From Ascidiella aspersa (lineage: Eukaryota), in contig OZ004614.1 of assembly GCA_963924565.1 (NCBI GenBank), positions 18,414,001 through 18,478,000 of the forward strand: DNA of 64,000 nucleotides. The letters are read 5' to 3'. Numbering within the stretch: the stretch's first letter is position 1; the number at the start of each line of letters is the position of its first letter. The notes under the pieces were generated by a model. It was given only the letters and a program-made list of their open reading frames with translations, had not been told where the DNA came from and searched no databases. Positions 1-13,508 of this stretch are shown here, in pieces. The translations under genes were made by a program, and so were the position numbers.

Positions 1-1721
1 AGTGCTCGCTGATTAAATTAGTTTGTTATATGCAGTTTTTATTAAGTTGTGGGATTCTTTAACAGTAAAGTGTTTGATTTAGTTGAAATAAGTAATAATC
101 TAAATTCAAAAAATACACTTGTTTAGTTGCTATACTGTTGTATTTGCAGCAAATAATCATTATCTTATAAAAATTATTTATACCTTTTCTTTTTTATAGG
201 TTTGGAATCAAAACAGACAAATCTGGAAATATAATTTCTACGAGGGAAGATTCAAACAAGCCTGCATTAAAAAAAAACACTTTTAATCATGTTCTTGATG
301 TCATATACTACACAGTTAACACCTAACAAAAAGTCAACAGTTTTGCTTGTTTTTTGTATGATACGAAATCAAACAAAATTATACAGTTGATCTAAACGCT
401 GCGAATTAAATTGATGCTTTGCAAACCAGAAGTACGCAAAACCACAAGTAAAAAACATTCTACTAAAATCAATACAATATTATTCTAGAGATTTGAAGAA
501 TGATAAGATTCATTGTAGTGACTTGTTTGTAACATTGGAAACTGACAAATTTATTTCATTGTCCTGGCGTTGTTTCACAAATATACTGTTTCTTTGTCAA
601 GATGTAAGATTTCAGTTCTGTAGCTAAAATATTCTTTGGAATTCAGCAAGTGCCTGATTTTTCAGCCAAATGCACAAGCTTGCATGATAGTGTCTGCTCT
701 AGGGCTCCAGGCTATATTAAGATAACTTTTACAAAATGACACCTATTTCATAACAGTACAAATCGTTAAAGGATGTGCATCACTCGAATATTTTCCTAAG
801 ATGTGAGGTATGTTGAGTACAAAAGAAATATAAGTTAATGCACAAGCAATACAATGTCGTTTAGAATACTATGCAGAAGAGATATTTTCGAATTAAATGA
901 CTGTTAAAAAGTGTGAATGAAACAACTTGCAAAATACAAAGTTAAATAGGTTAAAAAACAGCACTACCACAAAAAACTACAATATTCTCCCGGCTTTGTT
1001 CGCAACTAGCTGGCCTTAAATATTCTAATTATATTTTATTTATTTTCTGGTTTTAACCGAAACCCTATTTTAAGTACAAAATTAAAGTTGTAACAGTACA
1101 TGTTTAACGACTTCTCGCTACCAGTATTTGAAGAAATTGCGAATAAAAAGTGTTTATATATATTAATTAAACTTAACTTAAAACAAATAATTAGCTTCAC
1201 AATAGATTCTACAAAAACAAAGAGCGAAAACACGTAATTGAAAACAACGAATAACCATTGCAAAACATGGGCGCTCGCAACTGTTCATCTGACTCACGCA
1301 ACGCCTCTAGTGGTGGAAACCATCCTAAACAAGCAATAAACGTAATATTATATTAACTTCTTACAAATACAACTAGTCAATACAACTTACTAGTACAGAA
1401 ATATCCAATTTACAGTTAGCAACTAAAAGTTAAGAACTTGTGCCATGTGCTTTTTGCTAGCAACATTTGAGAAACTAGAAGAGAAAACGGTAACATTGTT
1501 ACGTCATCAACATAGAAATTAAACAACGTTTCTCGCTGTAACAAGCAAACTGGATAAAGCATCCGGTAAGTTTTTAGTTTGAAATTTGTGTACTGTTTTT
1601 AGGATTTCAAGTTTAAATATGTCATTTAATTTCAGAATGGCATATTCTTGGTATAACGGTAATAGTCTTGTTCTGGGAGGGCTACTGCTTAAAATTTGGA
1701 TGGCTTTGTTTGTAGGACTTC

Positions 1722-2570
1722 AAGTAAGTAAGTAAGTAATGTATATTTTTCCGTTAGCGCTTAAATACGGCCGGAGCAGCGAAGGGTCCAATAGACCTTC
1801 CGGTCAGCTGCACAGTAAAGGTAATTTTAAATTAACTTGAAATAAGGCAAAACTTTTTAACAAATATAAATAGAGCACATAAAAATGTGAAAACAGTACA
1901 TGCGTTTTATACGAATGAAAATAACAACGAACGTTGTGAACATAACAACTCAGCAATCAAAGGCTATCTCATAAGCAAGGAAAAAAGACAAGAAATCTGT
2001 GGCGCAATGTGTTTTAAGTTTAAAAAGCAAGCTCTACCCCAACTTAGAACGCAATACTGTAGGTGTGTGTTCACTAAACTGTGTAATAAACAAGGCGTAA
2101 GGAATTTGCATTTAGGTAAAATTTCATTTTAGCTAGAAGACCAACTGCTTAGGAGACTTTTCTTTCTACTTGTTGAATATGCGGTAACCAAGTTAGTTGG
2201 TTGTCAATAGTAAGGCCTAAATATTTTGCAGAAGATACTTGATCAAGTGTTTTTCCCCTAATTTTTATGTTTTAAATCTGTCACAGTGAAATGAGTTTTT
2301 GAATAATTTATAGATAATTTGTTGCAGCAAAACCAATCATTAATTTTCTAGGCTTTTCAGATTGAAGTAGGAGGCGTACAACACAGTATTATCGGCGTAT
2401 AGGCTGCAGTTAATCTTTAGTGTTTGCCGGCAAATCGTTAATATATATTTGAAAAAGAAGGGGGGCCAAGCATCCCTGCGGGACACACCGTAGTGATTAT
2501 TAATTAAGTTATGTAATAAAACTTGATGGTCAACAGTGTCAAAGGACCAAATATAGAAACACTACACGAC
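1722..2570 (-). mobile_element. Degenerate CR1/L2-type LINE 3' part (RT remnants, 3' tail of TTAC repeats)
   Basis: Minus-strand remnants reading like FDTVDHQ.L, G.PQG..LGP..F.IYINDL and YADN. The end at ~1722-1760 reads (TTAC)n on the minus strand and recurs at 4706-4812. Confidence 0.55.
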
Positions 2571-2619
2571 TGTGATTGTGTTTGTGTCTTTGTTTGATAA
2601 CAATTTTTCGTATAGTAGT

Positions 2620-2960
2620 GCCGTTGCAAGTCCTGTGGAATGATGTTTTTTAAAACCATGTTGATGCTGTGTTATTGTTTTGTTTTTCGAGAAAAATTTC
2701 TTTTTTCCGATCCGATGAGCTGTTTGGCAATATCCATTACTTTTTCTTCGCCATCATCACTTTCATTCCCTACTCCGTAAATCTAATTTACCAAGTTTAT
2801 ATTTTGTGCTATGGAGTGCCCTTTTCGTAACATAATTATTTCATTTTTTGTGTCCACTGTTTCTTGTTTGATTTCCTCGACCGTCTTCTTAAAGTTTTTT
2901 AATGTTCCCATTGAAACTTTTACCTCTTCCAGGTCTTGCTGTATTTGCGTCAATTACCAT
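2620..2960 (-). mobile_element. Possible LINE ORF1 remnant belonging to the adjacent RT fragment
   Basis: Minus-strand coiled-coil-like, E/K-rich translation directly upstream of the RT remnants. Confidence 0.3.
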
Positions 2961-3099
2961 GTTGTCAGTGTGATTGTTGGCCTAATACCTTATACAAATA
3001 GACTTGTATATGGTACTTTTTCACCAAAGAACATTTCTGTAGTCTGCAGCCTAATGCAGTTTTGTTGCAAATAGGTAATCTCATATCAGCAAAGTCTTT

Positions 3100-3330
3100 C
3101 CCAGGAGTATCTTCTAAAAAAGCAACTAAATCCAGAAAAAAACATTGTAACTGCTGCCTGAAAGGAGGTATTGAATATGGATCGAAAGCTGCTATGATAT
3201 ATGCTAAAATTTGTAAAAATGAAAAGGTGAACAACCTGTTTACATCTGGTCTCCTCATCCATCCAAACGCTTTCTGGCTAGTAGGCTGCAGCCAAGACAC
3301 GAAAGTTTATGACTTAGATGTGTCTTTTGG
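3100..3330 (+). pseudogene. YqaJ-like (lambda exonuclease family) fragment, transposon-associated
   Basis: GIEYGSKAAMIY...SGLLIHPNAFWLVGCSQDTKVYD resembles the YqaJ motif G(L)xxHPxxxWLGASPDG. Confidence 0.45.
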
Positions 3331-4250
3331 AACTATAATTGGGTCACTTCCCGGCCATGTGTTTCGTGAAATGTCCGAATTTCCTGTTGAATCGCATTGT
3401 CACGATATTTAATTACACAAAAAATTAGCAGTCTTAATACTAAGTACTGTTTTACCGTTGTCGCAATAAATATTCTGACATTGTGCTTAAAACCTACAAA
3501 TTGGTGACCCCGACGTGGTGTTGAACACGCATAATAATACCGTACCTTCTGACTAACTATTATTATTTAACCTTCTTTTATTTAGTCTTATTTTACCGTG
3601 TGTTATTCTTTCAAATCATTATGTCGAAGAATAACTTATCTGCTTAGTTTTCAAAGGTTTCAAGCAAACTGAAAGCTTGCAACGACAAAACGTCAACGCG
3701 TAAAGCTGCCATGCTTGATAATATAAGGGCAGGTAATGTTTTTCCGAAACCAAAGGGAAATAATTCGAACTTTTTCATTTCTAAGCTACGTCACACGAAA
3801 ATAGGCTCAGAAAGAAATGATGTTCCACCGATTGCACTGCCATTCTCGTCTACTGATTTCAGTTTCTCAACCTGCAGCTGTTTTTTCAGCTGAGCCGCAG
3901 ATGGACAACCACGACTTACCTTTAAATGTTCCAGGAAAATCTTTTCAGCCTGTAGCACTTTCAACTGCTGAAGCGACGCCTCGTCAACAAAGCGAGTTTA
4001 CTGCATCTCTACTACGTTCGAAACAGCTATGACGCCATGCAAATCTACGTCAAACTTGATATTCTAAAAGTACTCTCCAATCTTTAACACCTATGCTTAT
4101 CAGACAGGATTTCTTTTCAATTGAATCATGGTTCTAAACATCTCGATGATTGGAAACGCCCGCCGTACCTAACAGCTTACAAGAAAACCGTTCGTACGTG
4201 TTGCGAAGGAAGCAGCACTTTTCCTACGACGTTTACACCTGATGATAACC
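3330..4250 (+). mobile_element. Ty3/Gypsy (CsRn1-like) LTR remnant with tRNA-Trp primer-binding site and decayed gag
   Basis: AATAAA, then ...ACA (3496-3498), then TGGTGACCCCGACGTG (3502-3517), which is complementary to the tRNA-Trp 3' end. VNAxKLP-like gag start near 3690. The LTR left boundary is uncertain. Confidence 0.6.
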
Positions 4251-4705
4251 TAAGTAAGCTTTTATTTACTTTACCTTGTCTATGACCTTTGACCATCCTA
4301 ACCTTCTTTTCCCTTTATTCAAAGTCTTTGGCTAGTTCTTTTTTGACAGACGACCTGTTTTAACATTTTTGGGTAATGGTTTAGCGCTTATAATTTGAGT
4401 TACCATTAACGCAGGGATATGGGCTTTACACCAATTAAATTGGATTATATAAATAGGCTCATTACGTAGGATGGCAGCTAAAGTTTATTTGCAATTTGCA
4501 TTGTCAGTAATTGATATCTGCCTTGTTCATAATCTTACACCACGCCTCTTTCGCTCTAAGTCGCCGCAGTTGTAAGTATTTACCATTGAGTTATGAGCTC
4601 GTTTTAATGTTGTCATATCGGTCGTACTGTGCAGATTTAAAACCGCATTTGACCAAAACTATATTTACGGCTCTTTTTCTTAAGTTGAAGGTGAAACTTT
4701 ACTTA

Positions 4706-4812
4706 AGTAAGTAAGTAATGTTTATTTTTCCGTTAGCGCTTAAATTAAAATGCACTAGTAAGCTATGACAAAAAACAAATTCACGCGCGATACGGCCGGA
4801 GCAGCGGGTCCA
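4706..4812 (-). repeat. Second copy of the LINE 3' tail (AATAAA + TTAC repeats)
   Basis: AAGTAAGTAAGTAATG.TTATTTTTCCGTTAGCGCTTAAA and TACGGCCGGAGCAGCG are shared with 1722-1790. Confidence 0.6.
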
Positions 4813-5970
4813 GAGAATGTTGTTATATTGTTCTCTCATACTTACAGAAGTTGCGCCTTCTGAAGTGCGTTTCCTTTTGCGGTTAACCTGCCGTCTGGTC
4901 CCCTATATGGTTTACGGTGTTTGATCAGAAATATCACACCTAAAATAACCTGTTCATTTTGTTTGTATTCCGGGTAAAAATATCCCGATGATTTTATGTA
5001 GGCCACGTGATGCCTTTTTTACTTTACAGACGGCTGAGATACCGTCACATTTCCATTTGGGTTATAAGCTTGCAATAGTGCAACTTTTTAGTTACCTTTA
5101 CGCCAAGGTTAACATGTCTGTCATTTAATGAAAGACACACACAAAACATATGTGTTTAATAACATCTGTGATCTAGCCCCTCGGAAGTTGTTTTATGACT
5201 GTCATTTAGGTATACTTTAAAATGGACATGGCGTTTAATTTGTTTTCGCGTTTCATATTCTAGAACGATAGATTCTAGGCATTTGACTGACGGTTCACAT
5301 TAAATTACGATTTTTACGGCTTTATTTCTGCATTGTAGGCTACATTTTTAAACGCCGGTGTAAGTATTTTTACACAGATCGTTCAGCAACAAAGAACCAG
5401 CTGGATAACGGAGGGATCTTCGAACACATAAGGGAGCTGTTCAGCCTCAGCCACGACCGCTCCTGACTTGCAAGCGCTACAAGAAGTCCGCAGTTTTGAC
5501 TTAAAGGCATCTGTAGCAGTTTTACATTGGGGTAGAGAGCCTGTCAAAAAATTGGTAAGTGAGGACGATTGATAAAATGGCGACGTCCCCGGAGCGAGAA
5601 AAATTCAACAAACCTCTTTAGATAAGATAATTGAAGACAGCACGTTTTGTTACTAAGTTTTGACGCCATTTTTTATAAAGGTAAATTTGGTTAAGTTTTT
5701 AGGAGTAATCGCTAAAATTGAACCCTTTAAAAAGGGCATCTTCAGGAGGGAGTCAGTTGGATACGATAAATCTTGGACGCCTTAAAAAATGTACGTCAAC
5801 TTCGCCAGTGCGTTGTTTGGTTGGTGGGTGTTTCAATTATGAAACTCGCCCGAGTACCCTAGCTACATAGGCCATCGTTACTAGTTGTTGGAGTATTTCC
5901 ACCTGGCAGTGAAAACCCATTGTAAAGGCCGGTGATTTGGACCAGGCCGAAGCGCGGGGGTGCTGACCGA

Positions 5971-7891
5971 CAAGATTCCCAACCTTTTTGGTGCCGTGAC
6001 CCTTTTATAGGATAAAATTAGTTGGGTTGATCCTCCTTCACTGCACTTTTGGAGCTAACTAGTAGGCTACTAGGCTATATATTAAATTTGACTTCTAAAT
6101 AAATAAACAACACAACAAATCAACAACTTATCAACACAACAATTTGTTCAGTGAGAAGGCTGTGCTTGCTTCTTTTTAGCCACATCTGAAATCCTTGGAG
6201 CAGTCTTTGCAAGAGCACACAACGCAGATCATCTTCTGCATCAAGTCTGCTCCTGTATTTAGATTTGATAAACAACAAGCTTGAAAAGCCTGTTTCACAA
6301 AGGTATGTTGTTGGAAAAGGAAGAATCAGGCGCAATGCGATCTCAGACAGAACGGGATATGACTGCAAACTCTTGATCCAAATTTGGTAACTGACATTGA
6401 AGAAAAATCAGTTTTTGCTGCATCACTGGTAATGAGTTCAATGAACTCCTCTTGTGCATTCTCAGGAACATCTTCAACTCTGATGGTGAATGAGCTTCTA
6501 GCAAGTGTAAATGGTGTGTCAGGTAAATTAGGAAAATATCTTGAAGTGTTCTTTGACAGAAAGTATTGTTCTATTCATTGTTTCCTGTTCAATATCATTT
6601 TCCTCAAAGAAAACAGATGAGTTCGGCAACATGTAAATTCTATTTTCATCCAATTTTTTTTGCCAAAGCTGAAGTTTCAACTTGAATGCTCGGATCTTTT
6701 CTGACAAATCTAGGCATGTTGCATTTGGTCCTTGGAGAGACAAATTTAACTCATTTAAGATTGCAAAGATGTCAACCAAGTAAGCAACTTTGTGAAGTTG
6801 GTTTTTGTCGCCGAAAAGTACTTCAAACTGTGGTTTAGATTTTTGATTAAAAAATGTTTTCAATTCATCACGAAGATCAAAAACACGTTTCAAAACTTTG
6901 CCTCTGGACAACCATCTCACACTAGTGGGAAATAACAGAACATTAAAGCACTAGCTTTTACAAAATTCACGACACTTACAACGCTTTTCATTGTATCTTG
7001 GAATTCTTGTGGCAAAGTCTTCGTTGCTAACAGTCAGTTCCGATGGCTTTCGGTGATGCATTTGATTACCACCAAACGTTGAAATCCAGACGGACCTACA
7101 TCCCAGCATTGCTGGAGCACCGTCTGTGCAAACACCACAAACATTTTCCCAAGGAATGCCATGATTTTGCAGAAATGATCCAACTGTGTCAAAGACATCG
7201 CGTGCAGTAGTTGTCGTTTCAAGTGGTTTGCAAAAATGAAACTCATCTTTGAAATCACCTTCATAAATGTACCTCACGTAAACCAGTAACTGAGAACAGT
7301 TTGCCACATCTGTTGATTCATCAAGCTGGATACTAAATATTCCAAGTGGAGCTGATTTTATTTCCTGGATTACTTGCTCCATAATCAGCAGACATGTCGT
7401 CTATTCTTCTACTGACGGTGTTATTAACGCTTTAGGGAAGTTCAGTTAATCAGATCAATCTGCGCTGAAGCAAGTTGATATCATTGAAATCAGTATAGAA
7501 GATGTGTAACAACAATCTAAATTGTGATGTCACATCAAGATAACATAGAAATTGATGATACATTAACAGCTGAGCAGGCATGTGTTATGCGAGTTGTGTG
7601 AATGGAAATGGAGTTATGACAAAACTGTGGGACAGGTTGAGCGGTAGTTAACCAACTAAGATTGTGTAAGTGAGATTCTTAACTGGTATTGAGCAAATGG
7701 AGAGAGAGAATACCACGAGGATTAAAAACCAGACACACAAAAAAATCCGTATTTCTTTAAACCACACAGTAGGCCGCCAGGTCAACTAACGTAGTACCCA
7801 CACTGGAACTGCATGCGCGCTAACTTTCTGTCGTCATATCTAAAACTAATTTACTGGCGGCCGTCCACAGCTTAAAAGGTTGGGTACCCCT
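5971..7891 (-). mobile_element. hAT (Buster/Charlie, ZBED5/SCAND3-like) DNA transposon with frameshifted transposase
   Basis: ORFs 6951-7382 (FSIQLDESTDVANCSQLLVYVRY, CTDGAPAM), 6528-6920 (RWLSRGKVLKRVF) and 6120-6368 (PFPTTYLCETGFS). Degenerate TIRs TTCCCAACCTTTT and AAAAGGTTGGGTACCCCTG. Confidence 0.9.
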
Positions 7892-7904
7892 GGATTAGTA
7901 GTGT

Positions 7905-8255
7905 AATAATGTATTGGAGGTCATCGTCCCGATGCTGTTCCCCTCTTGTTGAGTAGATATGTCCGTTGATTCCTCCTTGGTTGGTTGCGTCCGAGCTAGG
8001 TTCCAGTGCCCGCATTCACCGCTAAGGCGTCGTTAACATTGGAGGGGGTGCCGCTTTATCTTTCCCGCCTCTTTCCCTCCTTTGGTGATTTGTCAGTTGG
8101 GGGAGGAGAGAGGTCCGGGGGAGAAGACGGAAGAGGAGGAGGGATGTTGGGGGGAGGTTAGGCTGGCTTGGTCTGCTGTTTGTATTTCTCCTTGTGTCTG
8201 GTGACGATGGTGGTGAAGCCGTCGTCGTTTGTTTCCATGTTTGATGGTTTCGGGA
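7905..8255 (-). mobile_element. Fragment of a family-A-like Tx1 ORF1
   Basis: GTGCCCGCATTCACCGCTAAGGCGTCG and TCGTCCCGATGCTGTTCCCCTC match 39400-39860. Confidence 0.75.
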
Positions 8256-8259
8256 TGAG

Positions 8260-9030
8260 ACAAATAAGTCAAAGGTAGAAGAAGGGAGGACCTAAGGTTT
8301 TGGAATGACTGGTGCTGGGACGAATTGGCTTGGTGGGACAGGAGAGGTCAGTTGGTATTAAAGGAGGGAAGTTAGCTTAACGAACAGGTCAATGTGGGGA
8401 TTAAAAAATACTATTAGGTTCTGGGGTGATACTTTTTTTATTCCGAGTTACAAATGGTATGGTGGAAAATGGTATTGAGAGTGATGAGGCCGCGGGATGG
8501 GGAGATGAAATGAATGTGGGAGTGGTAATTAAAAAGGTCGTGGGTTGGGTGGTAAAATTACAGTCAGTATAGGTTTGTATGTAACCTGGGTGTGTGAGGA
8601 GGGGTGGGGTCAAAGGAGAGTATTGGGGGTGTGGTGGGATTTCACGAGTAAGTTTCGGAGGTAGATGTGGAGGAGCATGCACCGTGAACTTGTTGGGTCC
8701 AGTTGGGGGGTTGTAGCTGAAGTTGTGGTTAGAGTATTGCAGGGGAATGGTGAGGCGGAGGTAAAGTGGTTTTATTTTGGGGCAGGTTAATTCGGTCAAG
8801 GTCGGATTATATATATTTATTAGAGTCCAAATTTGTTGATAATATGGTGAGAGGAACATTGTGTGAGGGAGCTATTTTTAATTCTGAAAAATGTACGAGT
8901 CAAAGGTGAGAGAAATGGATGTGTGATTTGTGAGATCTTGTTGTTTGAAATTTGAGTTCGGGGTGGGGTGCGGGTCGTCGGAGCGGGGGAGTGGAGAGGT
9001 CTTGTCCTGGATGTTTTTCAGGAGGGGTCG
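8260..9030 (-). mobile_element. Fragment of family C/D Tx1 ORF2 3' end
   Basis: ORF 8401-8859 (SPYYQQIWTLINIYNPTLTELTCPKIKPLYLRLTIP) is near-identical to 45300-45420 and 50300-50810. Confidence 0.85.
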
Positions 9031-9062
9031 AGTTGTTTGTTTCTCGACTCGCTCCTCTCTGA

Positions 9063-9131
9063 GCCTGCATAGCTAGAGAGCGACGGTCCCGGCTTGACCG
9101 GAGGTCGTGAGTTCGAACCTCACTGCAGGCC
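9063..9131 (+). pseudogene. tRNA-like pseudogene or tRNA-derived SINE head
   Basis: Acceptor stem GCCTGCA/TGCAGGC, T arm GTGAG-TTCGAAC-CTCAC, anticodon-type stem CGGTC/GACCG, and a T-run downstream. The D arm is partly deleted and the loop CCGGCTT lacks U33. Confidence 0.7.
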
Positions 9132-9399
9132 AGTTGTTTTTCTGGCTTGCTCTGCTTGCATCATAGATCGACAGATTCGGCGAGTCTGTGATGGCTATTC
9201 GGTGTTATTAGATCACAGATGTTATTAAACACATATCTTTGTGTGTGTCTTTCATTGATTGATACGGACTGGTGATCCCCCAGAGTGAAGTTGCTTGTAC
9301 TAACAAAATGTGCAAGTATTGTGGCGCATGGTTGTATAGATCGAGTACAAGTAAGTACCAACTGGTCATTAATTTATAAATTTTTTTTGTAAACTTAAG

Positions 9400-9711
9400 A
9401 ACAAGATGGAGTATTATTACCCTTGGCTAGATGATGAACAATGGATACTCTCTCTTGCTTATTTGTGTGATATATTTGAACAGCTGAACAAACTCAACCT
9501 ACAGATGCAGGGCAGAAATACCAATATTATTAAGTTTGTTGATGCACTAAAAATCAAAATACAAAAAATTGTGCAATGTTTTAAAAACTGGATATGCTTG
9601 TGGATGGCAGAGGGGATAAATGCCAGAGCTAATTAAAAAAGGAATTCGAAAGATACTTTCCAGAGACATCATTTTGGGAGGGAATGTAACAAAAAAGGTT
9701 GGGAACCACTG
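9400..9711 (+). mobile_element. hAT transposase fragment (ZBED8/FAM200-like) with right TIR
   Basis: WILSLAYLCDIFEQLNKLNLQMQG; ends AAAAAGGTTGGGAACCACTG. Confidence 0.75.
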
Positions 9712-9713
9712 GC

Positions 9714-9990
9714 CTAAATGTACCCCCCAAACTTCAATTTTTCTTATTTCGCTGGAAATATCTGAATTACCAGAGTGGGAGACTAAGCTTATCTTATTCG
9801 GTATGCTTTGTAGTTGTTGTGTAGCGATTTTTAGGAATTTTTTTAATGTTCGGATAATTTTAAAAAATTTGACCAAATGTACCCCCCAAACTTAAATTTT
9901 TCTTTGACTGGAAGACCAAGCTTCGATTTTTAGGAATTTTTAATGTTCGGATAGTTTTCAAAAATTCGACCAAATATACCCCCCAAAGTT
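9714..9990. repeat. Imperfect tandem repeat (3 copies of AAAT(G/A)TACCCCCCAAA with shared flanks)
   Basis: Motif at ~9717, ~9876 and ~9972; GACTAAGCTT/GACCAAGCTT and TTTTAGGAATTTTT are also repeated. Confidence 0.65.
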
Positions 9991-11483
9991 TAAAAAAGAG
10001 CTTACAGCGCAGTAAAACCAGGTGTTGCCAGTAAGGCGTGCATTGTTGACTACTGACGTTTCGTAGAATTCGGACAGTAAAAGGAAATGCGTTGGGGATT
10101 AAAACTAGCCAGTTAACGAGCAGGATGCAGGGAACAGGAAATACGCCAGAAAGACTTTGGTAGACTTTTAGCACACAACAAACACAGTACTGTAAATACC
10201 AACAAATACAGACGCTGGTTCGCTACACCTCTTTGTCAGAAAAATTTGCATTATCAGAAAAGTCTCACTTGGTAAAACTTGAAATATTTTTTAATGCAAA
10301 GCCAATCGATAAACATTGACTATCGTCTCTTGTTTTACCATAAACACTGGACTTTTTTCTCTGTCACCTTTCTCTCTATTCGTTCAGTTTGGATGATCGG
10401 CAATTGTTTATTCGACACTTCAGCGAATACAATAGTTTATATGTAGTACACCAGGTGTTCCCAACCTTTTTTTGATCTTGTTCCACTTGGACACGCTCAC
10501 TGCCAGGCGTACCACTTCTTGTTTTACCTCAGGGCACACTCGTCACTATATACCATAAAAATAATCATTGACGGAAAATGGGGAACTTGCTTAGAAAATC
10601 AGAGTTATTTGCACAGTGTATATATATTTTATAGAAGAAATAAATCTTATTGGCCACCTAATCATCCAAAACAAAAAGCAAAAAAAAATCAATTACCAGA
10701 CAAAGACCATTGGAGTATACACATAATGTGAGAGTATTGGGTGTTATTCAGGTGAGATTGCATTACCAAAACATACAGCTAGTTCATTATTTTGGAAAGC
10801 TGATAAACAATGCCTTTTAGATGATTGAAACAAAGCTCTTGAAACATCAAATATTGAAGGGTTGTGAGTTTCATGAAGGTATAAGGCCAAAAAAGAAGAT
10901 ATTTGGATGAGGAAGGTATGATGCTAGAGTTTGTTTACAGACTGGATGTTTATTAACAAATAATATTATAGCAATGGGGTACTTTTCATCAAATTAATGT
11001 ATATATAGTTTAACCAATATTTTGAATACCATTTTATCTTTAAAATAAGTAAACAACTAATATGTATTTTTCATGTGATGTTTTGTTATTAAGATAAAGG
11101 GTCTTCATTGAACGAATATAATTTGATGACGGTATTTATTTGTATTTATATTATATAAATGTGTCAAACAATGTAACCTTTTTTCTTCTTGTGACCCTCT
11201 TTTAAGTCTTCGTTAACAAAAAAACACATTCTAAAAATGGCAAAATTCACATTTTTGGCTAAAATGTCCAGATTTAAGTGTGCACATTGCACAATGAGTT
11301 AAAGTTACAGTTTGAGCGTACATTCATTTTTATTAAAAACACTTGCGACACTCAGGTTGAAGTTTCTGGTTACAATTTTTTGTACGATTAGAGTGCAACA
11401 ACTCAACCTTGTCCTCAGTAACCCAAGCTAAAAATACTAGTAGGGGTGATGCAAGCCAAAACAGGTTGAGTGAGAATCACTAA

Positions 11484-13508
11484 GCCTAATTACATGAGTG
11501 GGTTAGTTAACACGGGTTAGAGAGTTGCGGTAATTATTTTGTTAACACGATAAGCGAGTGGATTTACATGGTTCGGTGAAAACGGGTTAGGGAAAAAATG
11601 TTAAGCGAAAATGTCTGTGAACACTAGCGTTGTGTGTTGGTTCTTAATGATTAGGCCCTACAAGAATTTCACCAGAAAAAGAGTCTTTTAATTGTAATCA
11701 CAGTAGTGCACGCATTGTAGTGGAAAATGCATTTTGAAAGTTGAAGGCCCGGTGGCGCATACTAAGGAAGATTGAAGCATGCATAGATTTTGCACTAACA
11801 ATAATTGGAGCTTGCTGTATTTTACATAATTTGTGTGAATTGTTAAATCGAAGCAGTTACATTTGGCCATCATAATCTACCAGCCTGTCAGTAGGCCCTG
11901 TTCCTACAGGTGATGGTGTGCATCATCGTGATATCTTGATGCAACATATTAGCAAAAATCTGCCCTCAAGACAGTCAAGTCGGTTTTAGGCCTGTTTTGT
12001 GCAATTTTTCCTAGGTATTGTTTTGTCGATGATTTTTTCTATTGTTGTGCATTTATAAAAAAAACACAATCAACTGCATTTTGTTTTATGAAACATAGAA
12101 AGTAGAACAACACCAAAGAAAGTTATGTTCAGTATTGTATTTTATCTGAAATCTTGAAAAAAGTAAGTGCATATATATAGAACAGAAAGGTGCATAAAGG
12201 TGCATATTATGCACAGTAGTTAAATTAACTTGATATAAAAATAATTGCCACTAACGAATCTTAAAAAATAAAAAGGATATAATGTACAGTAGTTTAACAA
12301 AGTGGATAAACAGAAATGAAAGGACATTATGTACAGTAGTTCAACTGAATAGCAAAACACAGTGCAATGTTAATCTCAAAAAAGTAAAAGTGCATATATG
12401 TAAAACAGTAAGGTAGATGATAACAAAGGTGAAAATTACAACAAAAAATTTAAAGATATGCAGGCCTACAGCAGTTAAAGCTCTTCGTCATCATCTGATG
12501 GGATGTTTTGTGGAACCATGACCTGGAGTTCCATGGGTGGTTGTGGAGACAGTTTAGGTTGTTGAAAATCCGTTCTGATACCACCACTTAGCATGTTTTC
12601 CATCAGCACTCAATCTTTTTCAGAGTTGTTATTAAAGATAGTGCATAATTTTTCAAATGATAAATCAGTTGACTCTGTAAAGCCATACTTGTATTATAAA
12701 ATTGTTTTAAACATAGATATTTATTTTAAATTAGAAAAATTTTCCTCAAGGCATTGTACACACATACATAAGGGTGGCAAAGCTCACCTTTGTTTACAAG
12801 CCGGCGTCTCTTTGGTGGTCTGGGTCTTATGTTGCTGCTGGTACAAGGTTCATGGTCTGCAAAGTACAAACGTTGTGAAATACAGTGTAGCATAAAACTT
12901 AAAAAATAAAGCACTTTTCCAGGTATAGCCCAATCACATCATAAAATGTACACTATTTAGCAGTCTACAATCAAAAGCTAATTAGGCTACGCTAAACCAC
13001 AATAAAACTATTCATCTTCTTACCTATATTCGGTATTTCCTGCTCTTGTTAGGTTCGGCCAAATGATCAAACATTGGTTTATTTCTTTGTTTTCGGCCAT
13101 CTATCTGCCTAACGATATCTTTTAGGGCAATTAAATCAACTAAAAGCATGGCATCGTGATGGGTCCAGGATGCCCGTGATGTATGCTCCTTTTTCATACT
13201 TAAAAAAATAACCTAAAACACTCTTTATAGATTACCATTATAATAAACCCAGATTAAATTAAGCTAGTAAGGTATGCATTTGCTTTGCGTTGTCTAAATG
13301 TTATGCACAGAATTAAACCACAGCCTAGACTTCGAACAAAGAAATCGTAACCCACTAAACAAGTGCGTAACCTACCTGTTACGAGCGGGTTAGAGTTGAC
13401 CCGCTTAAGCACGATAATAATCAGCGAAGCGTAACGAAAAAATGCTGCGTCAGTTTAAGTGGGTTAGGAAACCGTGTTAACCCACTTAATTTCACCATGT
13501 AAAGAGGC
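11484..13508. mobile_element. Internally deleted PIF/Harbinger transposon (transposase C-terminus on +, Myb/SANT-like gene on -)
   Basis: TIRs GCCT..TTACATG / CATGTAA..AGGC flanked by TAA and TTA. The + strand has SARIVVENAF.KLKARWRILRK near 11700-11770; the - strand has RASWTHHDAMLLVDLI near 13130-13200. Confidence 0.75.
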
